Shown here piece after piece: positions 1-13,040 of a stretch of DNA of 64,000 nt (position 1 is its first letter; each line of letters opens with the position of its first letter). Made by a program: the position numbers and the translations under genes. Source of the stretch: Octopus sinensis (lineage: Eukaryota); contig NW_021832126.1 of NCBI RefSeq assembly GCF_006345805.1, positions 1 to 64,000 on the forward strand, read 5' to 3'. Under the pieces are notes generated by a model. The model saw only the letters and a list, made by a program, of their open reading frames with translations. It did not search any database and was not told the DNA's origin.

Positions 1-229
1 CGTCAATATCGCAGTCTTTGATGACATTCGCAATTTCATTTTCTGTCGGGTTTTGTCCCAACGATCTCATCACGGTCCCCAGTTCGCAAGTTGTGATTTT
101 GCCGTCTCCGTCTTTGTCAAAAAGAGAAAAAGCTTCCTTCAATTCTTTAAAATATCGACTGTCCTACTTACCTAAGATCTGTTCTTCGCTCAAATTGTTT
201 GCCTAAAATATGTGAAGAGAACAAACCAT
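1..229 (-). CDS. CALM: Calmodulin / calmodulin-like, 5' part (exons 1-3; rest outside window)
   Basis: ATG, 24-nt intron (203-226), [10 protein letters not shown], 27-nt intron (145-171), [37 protein letters not shown]-hand 1 and the classic calmodulin intron positions. Confidence 0.92.
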
Positions 230-494
230 TTTGAGTCGTTTTTAGTGACAAATTATCCGGAAAAATATTTATTCAGATAAGAACATTGATAGAATAAAAA
301 ATAATAAAGATTAATTTGATATTTAAAATAGATTAATCTTGGAGTTTTGCGGTATTTTTAATGACGTGTAAATTTAAGTTTACTGTAATCGGTTCATTGT
401 TAAAAAAACGGAAATGTCTATGTTTTAATTTAATTTAATTTATAAATAAAATAAATATTCAAAAGACTAATAGGTTATTAATTAATTAATCACG
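230..494. promoter_or_regulatory. Putative bidirectional promoter between calmodulin (-) and SLC26 (+); second copy 33,041-33,305
   Basis: 265-bp AT-rich spacer between head-to-head start codons. Function inferred from geometry only. Confidence 0.5.
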
Positions 495-2820
495 ATGAAT
501 AAGATCACGATAGCAAGAAATGTCCTCACAATGGAGGATATTCGTGAGTACACCACCATCCCACCTGAAGAGAAAAGATATTTCGAAAGAACAAAAAATG
601 CAATTAAAAATTCCTTTAATTGCTCCCAGCAAAGATTTCTGAATTTATTATTGACAATCTTTCCTGTCATAAACGTAGTTAAAAACTACAAAAAATCAGA
701 TTTCCTGACGGACATGTTCGGGGGAATAACAATGGCCTCCATCATCATTCCTCTAAGTTGCCACAACGTCGTGAATTTAAGGTCTCACCCACAGCCAACT
801 GTCTATGGTGGATCTCCAATATGGAATCTACACCTCCATCTACCCCCCAATAATTTACTTTTTCGTTGGGAGGTCTCATGCAGCTGCCTTCGGTGGACCC
901 CGTGATTTAATCCTTCAGGCAGTTTTGCAATTGTGAGTATAATGACGGGGGCAGCTCGACAAAAATTGATTGACAATTTAAATATGACATTCTGCACTTC
1001 CAACGTGACGTTTGACTACTCCAAAATTGGAGAAACAGGGATCTGCTTTAATGAGGCTCATTTCAACAATGTGTTCGTATCCTCTCTCACTCTTCTCGTT
1101 GGACTGATCCAAGTTTCCTTTATTCACGATCGGTAGGTCCTCCTCGCTGTGGTTCGGTTTGGGAATCTGGCAGTCCTGCTGGCCCCTTCTCTGGTGACGG
1201 GGTACAGCACGGGGGGAGCTTTCCATATTCTGTTTGCTCAACTGGGGAACATCATTGTCCTCCCATACAAAATGGAAAAGGGATGCTATCCTACCATTTT
1301 ATGCGTATTTGGCTTAATTAACAATAGAAAATTAAATATTTCTGCGGTGGACTGGCCCATGTATTGCCAAGTCCGATCGTGACCTCTGCACTGTGCATGA
1401 CATTTCTTGTGTTGATGAGGGAATTTGTGATTCACAACAAGAGGGTTCGGAAGGTCATTCCCTTCAGAATCCCCTCCGAATTATTAGCGGTATTCTGAGT
1501 TTATCATTTAGATTTTGGTGGCAATCCTCGTTGTGAGGTACACTGATGTAGCCCAAAGGTACAGTCTTCCCACTGTGGGGACCATTCCTGAGGGGTATGT
1601 CTTTGATATTTGTTTTAAGATATCCGCCCCCCAGCCTTCCCAACATTATTTTTTGGAAGTCCATTGTGGCCGACGCTATTCCAATCGCGATTGTGTGTTG
1701 GTCTGTGACTACTTCGATTGTGCTTCTATTCGCGGAAAAGGAACGGTACTCCGTGGACGTGAACACCGTGATTTACTCATTTATGACTTTTGCAGGAACT
1801 ATATAAGTATGGCCTCATCAATTTGTGTGGCGGTTTCTTCCACGGACTGGTCGCCACGGCAGCTTTGAATCGGTCGTTTATTTTCGAATCTGTCACTCGA
1901 ACACAGGTTTTCCTACAGTGACAGTCCCAGTTGGCTGGACTGATTGACTCCTTGATAATACTACTGGCAGTCTACTTTATCGGGTTTATATTTGAATACC
2001 TCCCCACTGTACTCTCTCAGTTACACTTTCAGTGCATTTTGTCCTCGATTTGTATAGTCGCCCTTCACGGACTGTTCATCAAGTTCAGGGATTTGGGCAC
2101 ATTGTGGAAGTACGACAAGGCCAATTTTGTAACAAGTCCTCATCCGGATTTGCCAGATCTTGTTTCTCGGGACCTTCCTCTGCGTCATTTTGACAGATCT
2201 CACAATCGGGCTGGTTGGCGGAGTCGTAATATCAATGTTACTCGTCATTTACAGAAATTACAAGTATTTCCCTTATCATAAATTAGCACTCATGTCCAAC
2301 CAATAAGTTCTGTTCAGGGCACCGAAATATTTTATGTTTGTAACAATTCAAACTCAGTTATGTGCCATTCTTATTTTCAGTCGGACTCGGCTCAAACAGT
2401 GCTTCAACTGCCCAACTCAATTTCCTATCTCAACATATCTCGTTGCATAACTCAGTTGGATCAACACATTGTTCAAATGTGCTTAAATAATGAAGTTTTA
2501 TTTTTCGTCATTTTCCAAGAAAAGTGTTCCGCTTGTTCTCGATTTTTCGCTGGTGACTTACATGGACTATTACTCGCTGAACAAACTAAAAAAGGTATTT
2601 TTGAAGTAATATCAGTTCTTTACGGACAAAGTGAACCAAGGCAAGAACATCGTCGTTGCCAGGATTGACGGTAATTGAAATATTTGTCATGTCGGTAGAC
2701 AAAACCTATCAATTTATGGACAGTGTCGGGCTTATCAATATTATAGGAAGGACTAAATTCGTCCCAACGTTGTACGACAGTCTGAACGGCACTAACAATT
2801 GTCACTCAAATGTTTGTTGA
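495..2820 (+). CDS. SLC26: SLC26 family anion transporter (sulfate permease domain + STAS), 16 exons
   Basis: Removing 15 GT-AG introns of 21-28 nt gives one open frame: FPVINVVKNY...YGIYTSIYPPIIYFFVGRSH...LVTGYSTGGAFHILFAQL...STAS-like VLDFSLVTYMDYYSL. Ends TGA 2,818-2,820. Confidence 0.92.
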
Positions 2821-2861
2821 TTGCCTCTTAACTGACTCAAATAAAACATTTTTTGAAAATA

Positions 2862-3896
2862 TTAGAAATGGCAGGGCATATTCACCGTGAGAATCTACAA
2901 ACAATTATTGGAGAGATAAACCTGTTTAAACTGGTCAAACTGTGCCCCCACAGAGTTGGACACAATTTTATGAGGAAGAAGGAGGCTGAGAGAGTATAAA
3001 CAGGATCGGGTAGTCAAGAAAAGAGAATTGTCTCCAATTTTAAGACTGAGGGAGTCGGACGACTTCTAATGTAAGGACAACCAGGATAACTATTCCTGGC
3101 AAATATATCTGGCCTATCAAATGAGTCGGTCGGTTTGGGGGGTCTCGGAATATAATAAAATCGGGGGATGTCGGAACAGGACTCCTTTTCGGATCAGAAA
3201 TGGGGGATTCCGACTGGATTGGCGAGTTTTCCTCAACAACGAGGGGAGTAGCAGAAGCCCGCACTGTTTGTGGTAACAGTGTCCCAAAAGATTTTTTGTT
3301 TCGAAGAATAAGCCATTCTGAATAAAACAGAACTGATTACCACGGGAAACTTGGACGGAATATTTCGATTCAATTCCGTTGAACACAACCCCAATAAAAA
3401 AAGCCCTAAAGACCTCACTATCCTGAACTTTTCGGAAGAACGAAGGATTGATGATCACATCACAGACAGTACAACCCAAACCGCCTGAAATGTATGAAAC
3501 GTCCACCTTTATCAATTTCAGGACGTAACTCTCCAATACTCATGGGAATGCGGAAGTGCATCATTGCATCCTCGAGTTGGAGGATCTCGACCAGCTGTTG
3601 TTCACTGACTTCCTTCGGACTGGGCACCTCGGTTATGTGGCCATTGATGGATTACCAATTCAGAGTGGCACACATTTAAAAACAATTTTATATTTTTATC
3701 CAAGTTCTTGGTTTTGATGCAGAAACCTTCGAGGTGAAATGTCAGGAATACCAGGATATGGCCTTATTGTGTTGTACAGTGGGTCGTTTGAGGATTTGGG
3801 AGTATTCTAATAAGATATATGTGTGGTCATCACTTTATCGGACAGTAAGAAGGGCAAATCATAAGCACCCACGTCGAGAAGCGACTTATCCGACAT
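2862..3896 (-). CDS. PIH1D1: PIH1 domain-containing protein 1 (R2TP co-chaperone)
   Basis: Spliced product PGFCIKT...LFLNVCHS...FRIPMSIGE...GCTVCDVIINPSFF...GIESKY, plus a C-terminal CS-like segment LKIGDNSL...QILTVNMP. All match PIH1D1 motifs. Confidence 0.88.
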
Positions 3897-4009
3897 CTTA
3901 GACACAATTAATATATTTATTATTTTTTGTCTGCATTTTAAAAACAAAATAATTTTATTTATTAAACTAATTAGTTAAAATATAGTAATAATATTTTAAA
4001 ACCAGCCAT

Positions 4010-4813
4010 CTAATCCTCCTTTGCGGGACATATTTCCTCTAATGAGTAGAGAGGTCGGAAACAGGCAATAAACCCACAGTTTTCGTTAATCCTGGGAAAT
4101 ATCCAAAGCCTCTTCCTCCCAAACGTGCCCAAATAAACCACCAAAAACAGGAGACCACGAACTAACACAATAATCAACTCCCACATACCAATCAGGAGAC
4201 CAACAGCCACCATAAAGAAACCAGAACTGATTGGACTTAGAAAAGAAAGGAGAAAATTCATTTGGGTAGGAAAAAGGGGGGAAAATGACAAAGACATGAC
4301 GAGGAGTACTAATTGTGAGTTGGTGGCAATTTACATAGAATGACGCCCACCAACACACTGGACACTCTCACTGGATCGTACACCCACACATATATCTAAA
4401 AGGGTCAGTCACTCACAATACAGCCAAGTCGGAATCCACGAATTTGTGAGGTTCTTCCAATAAAGACAATTTTAGAGGCTCAGTTCTGTTGAATGACAGG
4501 TTTGTACTTTTGTGATGTCTTTTCTTGAACACCAACAAAGCAGCCACTTTTCAACAACTTTTGGCAAAATTTGACGCATTTCTGGCGTGTTTGGAACTGG
4601 GAAAAACATTTTTCTTGGTTTTTTGCGATTAGTAAATCGACCGCGTTCTTCCCTATTGGATGACTTGAGATTATTCACCAGTAAAATATTCTACACTTTG
4701 TCGACCGATACTCCCCGATTTGTTTTGACATGAAAACCTCAAATATTTGGCAATTTTCTTGTCATAATTCGTCTGAGGCGTACACTTTATGTAAACAAAA
4801 TAAGCACCACCAT
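4010..4813 (-). CDS. SEC62: Translocation protein SEC62
   Basis: IAKYLRFSC...VEYFTGKNAVD, YVWVYDP, two hydrophobic segments and LWIFPRINENCGFIACFRPLYS. Start codon placement (ATG followed directly by a 26-nt intron) is less certain. Confidence 0.88.
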
Positions 4814-4944
4814 ACAAATAGGAACGTTGAATTTATTAAAAATGAATTTGATTAAAATTATATTAAAACTTATTAAAAACAAAATTATTATGAAATTCCA
4901 GTATTAAAATGTGATACTGACAGTAAAGTATATTGAAATGTGAA

Positions 4945-7900
4945 TTATTTATTATTAGGGGGCGGATGCATAGAATTGAGATCGTCTTCAAATACATTGG
5001 CCGTCAAATATCCTGCCACTGACCCCGAACCGGATGTGATGTAGGCAGGCGTGGTTGTAGTGGCAATGAACAAGTCGTGTCGTTGGTCTCTGTACTCCTT
5101 CCAAACGGGGTTCTTGTTCAGAATGTCCATAATCTACAATTACCCAGACAAGAGCACCTCCCGCCCGTAGGATGGGTTATTGGCGAACTGTTTTAGTGTC
5201 TTCACAATCAACGCCTTTATGGCCTTGAAATTCTCGAGACTCAATTCCGAGCCCAAAAATTCGAGAAGAGCGTCAAAGAGAGAACAATTAATGGCCTATC
5301 CATTAACCAAATGCCCTACCTGTGCGACAAAAACAGACGAATTGTGGAGTGCCATGGAATAAAGTGTGCTGACGGTGTCTTCGAGTGAATCAGTGGAGTA
5401 CAACAAGGCCCTCTTCAATGGCCCAACACACTCGTAGGCCGACAGAAAGTTGAGACATGCCTACTCGATTAAAATGGGAGAATACAATATTCTTGACTAT
5501 TTGATTGAGAATGGCCACCACCATCGAGATTACGTCACCAGTCGCCACCTCAATCACCTGCACGAACTTGGGAAGCACTCCTATTTGGACGAGCATGTCC
5601 ATCAGTGAAGGCTGCGCACTGAACAGCAACACAATCGCATTCACAATGAGTTTGAGATCCCCTTTCTACAACTCAGGCCAGCCACGACCTTTTGCTGAAG
5701 AGAAATATCCCCGGAAAGGCGGAAGAACTCGTCGAGGACGTCAATGATGAATTCTCTGGGACGATGTAGGACCCATCGAGGGTTGTTGATGAACAGTCGA
5801 ATGTACACTCCTCCCACCATCAACTCGTTCGTTATATTTCCGTGCAGAATGACCATCTCATCGGATATGCGGAATCTGGCCTGTGCGTCCATCTTTAAAG
5901 CATTGTAGTGACTACAAGCTCACCGACATGCATTACCTGTTTGCCATCGAGGCCACCTCTCCACAAATGGAGGACCTGATTGTCCCATTCCAAATCAACT
6001 CGGGGTTCTCATTCGAGTCTATTAGAGTGTACAACAATACTAAACTATCGAATAATTGTAATGTGGCGGCTGTGGAATCCCTCATTGAGTCAATAAAGAG
6101 TGAGGGGATGAATTTGACCAGTTCAATCCTAATTCGAGGACCCACAAGTTTATCTCCCAACATTTTGGAGAAGAGGATGACCGCACTGTTCCTTACCATA
6201 TGGTCCCCACTGTTGCAGAACAAATTCAAACACACAATCAGCAGCCCTGAAGTCGAATAAAACAATCCACCTTTGTTGTGAGCATCCTTAATGATCTTGG
6301 GATGTGACATCATCGAAGTCAACAAGGTCAGTACTTGAGCGTGGACTACTCGGAGTATAAAAAGAGAACCACCCTCAGAGTAGTGATGTAGTCCATATAT
6401 CACATATCCAACCAACTCGAGTTTAGCAATGGCGACTACACACTCCTGGTTGTCGGCCAACAATATCATCAACTACACTCATCAAATTTAAGACAACATC
6501 AGCGAGAGGTCTGACAACCTCTTCCGAGTCGATAATGTAAAACAAAGACATTATCAGTCCCAGGAAAGGAATACTCAGTTTGTGCATTCCTACGAGTAAT
6601 AAGAACACAACCACCCGGATACGCGCTTAGAAGATTGGCCAGTGCTTTCAAACACGTAGCAATATCTGCCGAGACCACAGTAAACTGGATTTCTGGGAAA
6701 GCAGACTTATTGGGGTTGAGGGGGTCAATATTCTACACATACAACTCCTGAATAATACTTGTGATTGGAGGGAGATGAACTCGTACAGGGCATTAGAAAG
6801 ACTGGTGGGTTTCTGAACATGTAATATTAAGAATGACTTTAATGGGGAATAGTGGTTGTTCGTTGTAGACTCCCACATACACTCCGTCGACGTTGATTTC
6901 GAGTTGGTGGGAAGAATAAGTGAAGTCAGCGCCCAACAGATGGTCCACCTCGCACTACATTGATTAGAGGAGACACAACTCTATTCTCAATCAGTTCTCG
7001 CTGTTCTTTACAGTAATCAGTCAACTCCTTTCTGCATACTCCATTCCAGATCATGTAAGGGTTTCGACAGTTGGATGAGAGCAGTTTCAACACTTCCGGA
7101 TACTCGTGCTCCCCCAACATTGACAAGATGTAGGGAGTCAAGAAGCAAGACATTGACTTCCTCACCAATCCATTGAACACAGGGTCACTCACGCTGTGTG
7201 TCGAGTCATACCCCCCCAAACAAGAAATAGCCCGAATGGAAACCATCGACAGTTGATTCATGAGTGCCTTACGTGATGAGAACACATGAACCTGCCGATT
7301 GGTCTCATCACTCGTCTCGACTCCTCCTTCCTCCAAAGTGTAGTCGTACAAAAAGACGAGAGGACACAAATAACACAGCACCGACCGCTGGAAGAGAGAC
7401 ATTTGAAGAGTCAAATCACAGGAGAGAGCCCCAATGCAGACAATGGCTTCTTGGCATGTCCGCGGAATGTTCTCGAATTGAGATTAAAGCATTACTGCAG
7501 TGAATCGGAGAATAAGCACAATGTCGTCCATAAAGCAGGCCAACTGCTGTATCACCGTCTGGGAATCGTCGAACATGGAGGCCACCGAATAACATTTAAG
7601 CACATTCAAGCATATCTGCGACCTCACTCACTCCACTCACTTTGGAAGGTCGGTCCTCATCTCGACTTGACGTATTCAGCATTTGACAGCATCGGGAAAA
7701 TGACGTTTGCAATACCTGAAATGAGGACAGTCGAAAGAAACCGAAAGACCATTCTCTCTGCGTAACTCCTCCGCATTCAGAGGAGAACAGGCCACTGTCC
7801 AGTAGCACAATTCGGTGGCTGCCTCCAGAAGGGAACACTTTTTCTGAAATAGTTGAGTGTCGTTGGATTCTTTTCTTATTGTCGCCACCAACATTGCATA

Positions 7901-10900
7901 TCCCGGGTACTTGTACACGCTCAGTTCTGCATTCTAATAAAGCAGTTGCGCACCTTTAAGGAACCGACTGAAAACGATGGACTGCCCCTTGAGAATTAAA
8001 ATTATATTATTTTCATCAGGACCAGACTTCCTGGTTGACTTGTCCGTCAGAAACTGGTATGCTGCGTTCATCTTGTCAAACATTTCCTTAAAGATCACTA
8101 CTCAGAACAGACCCTTCCCTCTATGTTTTTGTCAGGGTGATACTTCTGGGCCATTCTAAAGTAGGACTGACGGATTTTTGACTCGCTCAGTCTAATCAAT
8201 ACTACTAATAATAATTAACTCGTTTTCTTTCAATCCCAGAATCTCACACGCAGTCTCGTTGTTTATTTTTGGGGGCTTCTTCTCAATCTCTTGTTTCCAC
8301 GTCAACAACAGGTCTTTGAGAAATAAGACCTAAATAATGACACAAATGAGTAAACTGGGTCTTTGACAGGCCAATCGGGAAATCGGTCGACGTCACAAAA
8401 ATTGCGGAGATAGAATATATTGCAAAAAAGCTCATTCTCGAGTTGAGGGTAGATTATGAGGGGAACTGGACAGAATTGATAGAGAGCCTTGACATTGCTC
8501 ATCAGACGGATCGTGTAGTCTGAGATGTGAGTGGCAATCCGCGCAATCATGTGATTTCTAGGGAATCAACAAAAACAGACTTACTTCATCGAAGTATTCC
8601 AAATCACTTCAGGATTGTCAAATTCCCCCAAATAAATCCTGGAAAACTCTTCAGGAGAGTAGTTGACCAAATAGTTGATCATGGCCTCGGGCAGTAGATT
8701 GCTTAGAATGCTCTTTTTGACCAAATCAGACACACCCTCCTACGAAATGAACTCTTAGGACAACTCGGTCGCAGTAAAAGTTCTGTTTGTCGTGTGTCTG
8801 TTTAAGAAAACGTGAAATCGGGAATATGTTCGAGCCAGTGTACATCAATATAAAGTAGAATAGTCCAGTCTGATATAGTTTCCCTATTATTGGGTTGTCC
8901 TCCACAATTTGGTAGAGGAGGACAGCACATCTCTCCACAATCGGGGGATAGAACGTCAACAGAAGCTGCCAATGGAGCACGCGGACTACCTGGACTATGT
9001 GAGACAGGTTACTTCCCGATGTCAATATTTTCTTAATCCGTGGGATTGGGTGGAATACCGAGTTATTCGAATCTCTGCATCCCATGACAAACAATAATAA
9101 ACCTGCTCGGGTAGAATTCGCAGACGCTGATCAGAGTATCTAACAATGTGATGGCAATCTCCGATTCTGTCAAAATGGCGTCATTCGAAGGCATCAACTG
9201 CCACTTCAACTGGGGGACTAGATTTATGGGAGTCCAATTATCCATTCCATTACACCAAACACGCGTTTTGAATGTAATCTTCTCGTCGTTCTGAAATTGA
9301 ATGAGCTAGTCAGTCACAATGTCCAGGACATACATCGGACAGTGAGTAAGGACCCATCGTCTTACTACTCCCTGCCGCAATATGCCACTCTTTGGCGACA
9401 GAACGGTCATTGGACTCAGGACTGGCTTCGATCAGATTGCTCTGCCCGGGGAGGACTGCTCTTGTCAAGTGCAAGTGTGCCAGAGTTATCATTTCCAATA
9501 ATTTCTTGACATTGGCAGCAGTCAGCAATGTTTTGCAGTTATCCTTATGAGTTATAAAGACAACCCAACCTTATACAACAATAGTTTTGATATGAATATT
9601 ACTAGTCTGTCCCTTTCCAGGCAGAGAGTGCACTACAATCACAGCCCAGCATTACATTGTCCAACAAAGACATGAAAAAGCAGCAATCCGACAAATGCCC
9701 GATCTCCATGTAGTACATCTCATAGACCTTCGTCATTGCTTGGAGGCAAGTCCAGCGGAGGGGAGGTTGGGAAGTCAGAAACTTGCGGAATAGGTCGTTG
9801 AATAGACGATAACTGGTTTATTAGAACAAACATTACGGATTTCTGATTAACCCCTTACAACTGTCCTCCAGCAGATACCGGACATAGCAACCACCTTTGA
9901 TGGTGAAGAGACAATACCGATTTCCAACACTTGTTCTACTGACTTGTAGTGCACTTCAAATTCCTTAAAGTTCCAGGAAATGTCTAAATTTCCGAATAGT
10001 TCAATGTCTCTGTCCAGTCCGCGAATCTCGTTTTCAAGAGAAATCCTCAACTCTTCCCTCGTCTGAAATATTAGTCAACACTCCACCTTGAAATTCCATA
10101 TCAAGTCAACGCAGGAATGGTCTTGTGCGAACATGTGATAAAACAGTTTCCAATTGAGTGTGTTCACCATTCTCTTCCTCGGTCGTCTCAACGTCACCAC
10201 CATGTCCGGAGTGGCCTGCAGTTGAGCAACACACTCACAACAGGTCTGTTTCGTCGGAAACTTAGTCGCCAGTGCTGCAAAAAATGTTCAATTTTCTCTT
10301 CCACGATTTGTACTTTTTGGAACGTTTTGCTCGCCTGAGACGTCTTCTGGAAGATTAGACAAACAAGGGGACCTGGAGGATGGCCATGTTGTCTCTCACG
10401 TTGAGGAGATCCTGCTCAGATTCGTCAACCTGATCACTGGAATACAAGTACGTGACCAATCCGGGGGGCTGTATAATAAAAAGGGCGACTCACCACAATC
10501 CGATTGAATAACGTGAATGTCCCTTCATTGTCGCATGTCCACAACTCGAGAAGACGACGACTGAGTTGTCTATTCGTAATAGTTTCAACAAATTACTTGT
10601 TGGCAAGCATTCGTGGCTCGTTCGAGGTAGTAAAAAGTGCAGTGTAGAAATGTCTTATGAGGGATCCTTCCGCCAGTGCATAAGTCTGCAATTTCTGTGC
10701 TTTGGAGAGAGACCCTTCCTGAAATAAGAGTAGGGAGTCACCTCAATCATTGCCTTCAACAACAATCCTGCCCCCTTCACAATGGCAAGGGATGGATGCT
10801 GGAATAGTCATAACTCGAGTACATCAAATAGTTTGAACAGAGGACGCCCCAGTTCTGATACGAGCTCCAAGAGAAGGTCAAACTTTTCCGGGGAGGTGGT

Positions 10901-12905
10901 CTCCGAGTAGGGCTGACATAACGAAAAAGTAAGAAAGTCGAGAAATGCAGTGATGACGAGTGCCCCAGTCCGTTTGTTCTGTACATATTACGAATTGTCT
11001 TACAATATGCCCAACAAACGTCTCAAGAATTTCCAACAGAAACTTTTGGAGGAGAGAAGAGACATTTTGTTCATTTGTTCCTGCAGAAGATCCGAGTCTC
11101 CGTGCATGGGTTGCATGAGGGAACAAATCACTTCGATTGCTGCGTGAGTGAGCGAGTCGTTGCAAAGACGGAGAGCCTTGACCACCATGATCCCAACCTT
11201 CTCACGGAGACTGCAATATAACACACTCACAAACCACGAAAGTTGAGTGAATGAGTTGAACCCAGCTTTGGAAGCAAACAATCTCCTCAAAGCAAAAAAA
11301 TATGACAAAAAAGTGGACGAGTCAAACTTATCGACCGAACCTGCGATGAGTCCCGAGAGTGCCATGCAAATCATTTTTTCCTTGTTTTCGGCAAACAAGT
11401 TCTAAAATCAGTTGAAAGGACTCACGTCGGCAGTGACCGAATGGACCAGACCACGATACGACACGTTCGCGTTAAACCTCTCGACCACATCACTCTCCTC
11501 TACAGTTCAGTCAAGACACATACGGTCAATCTGATAAAGCAGTTTCAAATGAATTCGCTCAATTTCTTCTCCCGCTTGAGCGGAGAAGGGAACTTGGATA
11601 GAGGGGGAGTCTTACTTAATCTATGCCCACGGTTGGTGACACTCACTTTGACGTGAGCATCGGCATTCCCCGAGGCTCTCACTGCATCCAGGAGGGACAC
11701 AACTGCCACATCACTGAACAATCAAATAAAATAATAACCGGGAGGATGAAATATAACTGCGAATATCCTCATTTGTATACTCAATACTGAACATTTGGGG
11801 ATCCCGCTGATCACAAATAATCGAGAACACCTTCGTTAGCCATTATAGCAATACATTGCAGAGAATACGACATGTGATTGGGTTGTACGACAGGGGGTCG
11901 CGCTCCACCAAACACGTCGACGTCAGACAGAGCAGTCTCTTAGTCAACTGTTGATGTCGTCGGGACACTTTATTGACAGGAAATTCGACATAAGAAGTCA
12001 GTGCCTCGTCATGGCTGCAAATCAACCAAAACGTAAAACCAGCAGGAACCGAATTTTGTCTCCAAAAAAGAATCAAATGAAACAACAGAACGACTGTATA
12101 ATATGTCGATGAACAAATTCGACATTGCTGCCTCACCAACTGCCCTTGCAAACAGGTCTCTCTTCTCCAAGGCGTAGAGGTGCTACACCTCCCATATGAA
12201 CACTCACCTTACGCCCAAACCCTCCATAAGCAATGGAAATTCCCCCATGCATAAAGTCGACATCAAGAAGGCCCTCAATATGCAGATAGTCGTAATTAGT
12301 TATCAATTCCCCGGTTGTGTCCACTACGGAAACCCACGCCGAGTGGACGTGGAGAGTGACCGACTCTGTTCCCCCATTCCACATGTATTTTATGCCCGAA
12401 TACTTCTATTTGAATTATGTTATAATGACCAACTTTCACTTCTTTCACATTAAACGACTTTTTAGTGATTTGTTTCTAAATTATGTGGCAAATGAGCAAA
12501 CAAGAACATCCGTTATCAACTCATTTCGATAGTCGGAGGAAAATTTCATGTTTCCGATTTTCCCGGTCTCCTTTCTTCCGGTAATTATGAATTCTGAGTT
12601 GGGAGACTTGCCCACTGGGGAGATGGAGACGAGAGAGTCATAAGGCCACTAAAAGTCGTTATTTAAGAGATATGCTGGCTATTGTCAATAGACCACAGAA
12701 AATAATGGTCAAACCCACAACATACTTTGTTTGTGAGTTCTTTGGAGTTGGGGTTCGTTGTGTAGACGCAGTTGTCGCAGATACTTAGAATTCGTTTATA
12801 TCTAAAATGTGGGTTTTCGGACGGGGTTAACTTGCCCTTCCACGAATGTTTTACAACAAGGTGCGAAATAAGTGGAATGTCACTGAATGTTGTCTTTGAG
12901 GACAT
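4945..12905 (-). CDS. DNAJC13: DnaJ homolog subfamily C member 13 (RME-8), multi-exon
   Basis: N-terminus KHSWKGK...YKRILSI...TTNPNS; LVERDP; internal J-domain [17 protein letters not shown] (~8,110-8,190) with HPD intact; C-terminus [14 protein letters not shown]...GSVAGYLTA. Confidence 0.95.
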
Positions 12906-13040
12906 GACCCGGATTTATAATGCTAACGTCAAAGCAATTAAATAATTTAGAATCTTATTAAAGTTAAAATATTGTACCGTTATATTTTTAATTCAATATA
13001 TAATAATTAATTACAAAAATCAACTATTGTATCTATAGTT
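12906..13040. promoter_or_regulatory. Putative bidirectional promoter between DNAJC13 (-) and CATIP (+); second copy 45,717-45,851
   Basis: Only 135 bp of AT-rich DNA between divergent ATGs. Confidence 0.5.

Noticed and set aside
1-1. Window starts exactly at the calmodulin exon 3/intron 3 boundary
   Set aside because: A one-off coincidence that cannot be interpreted without upstream sequence.
495-4813. Non-standard (ciliate-like) genetic code suggested by the tiny introns
   Set aside because: TGA (SLC26), TAA (PIH1D1) and TAG (SEC62) all end genes at homology-expected positions.
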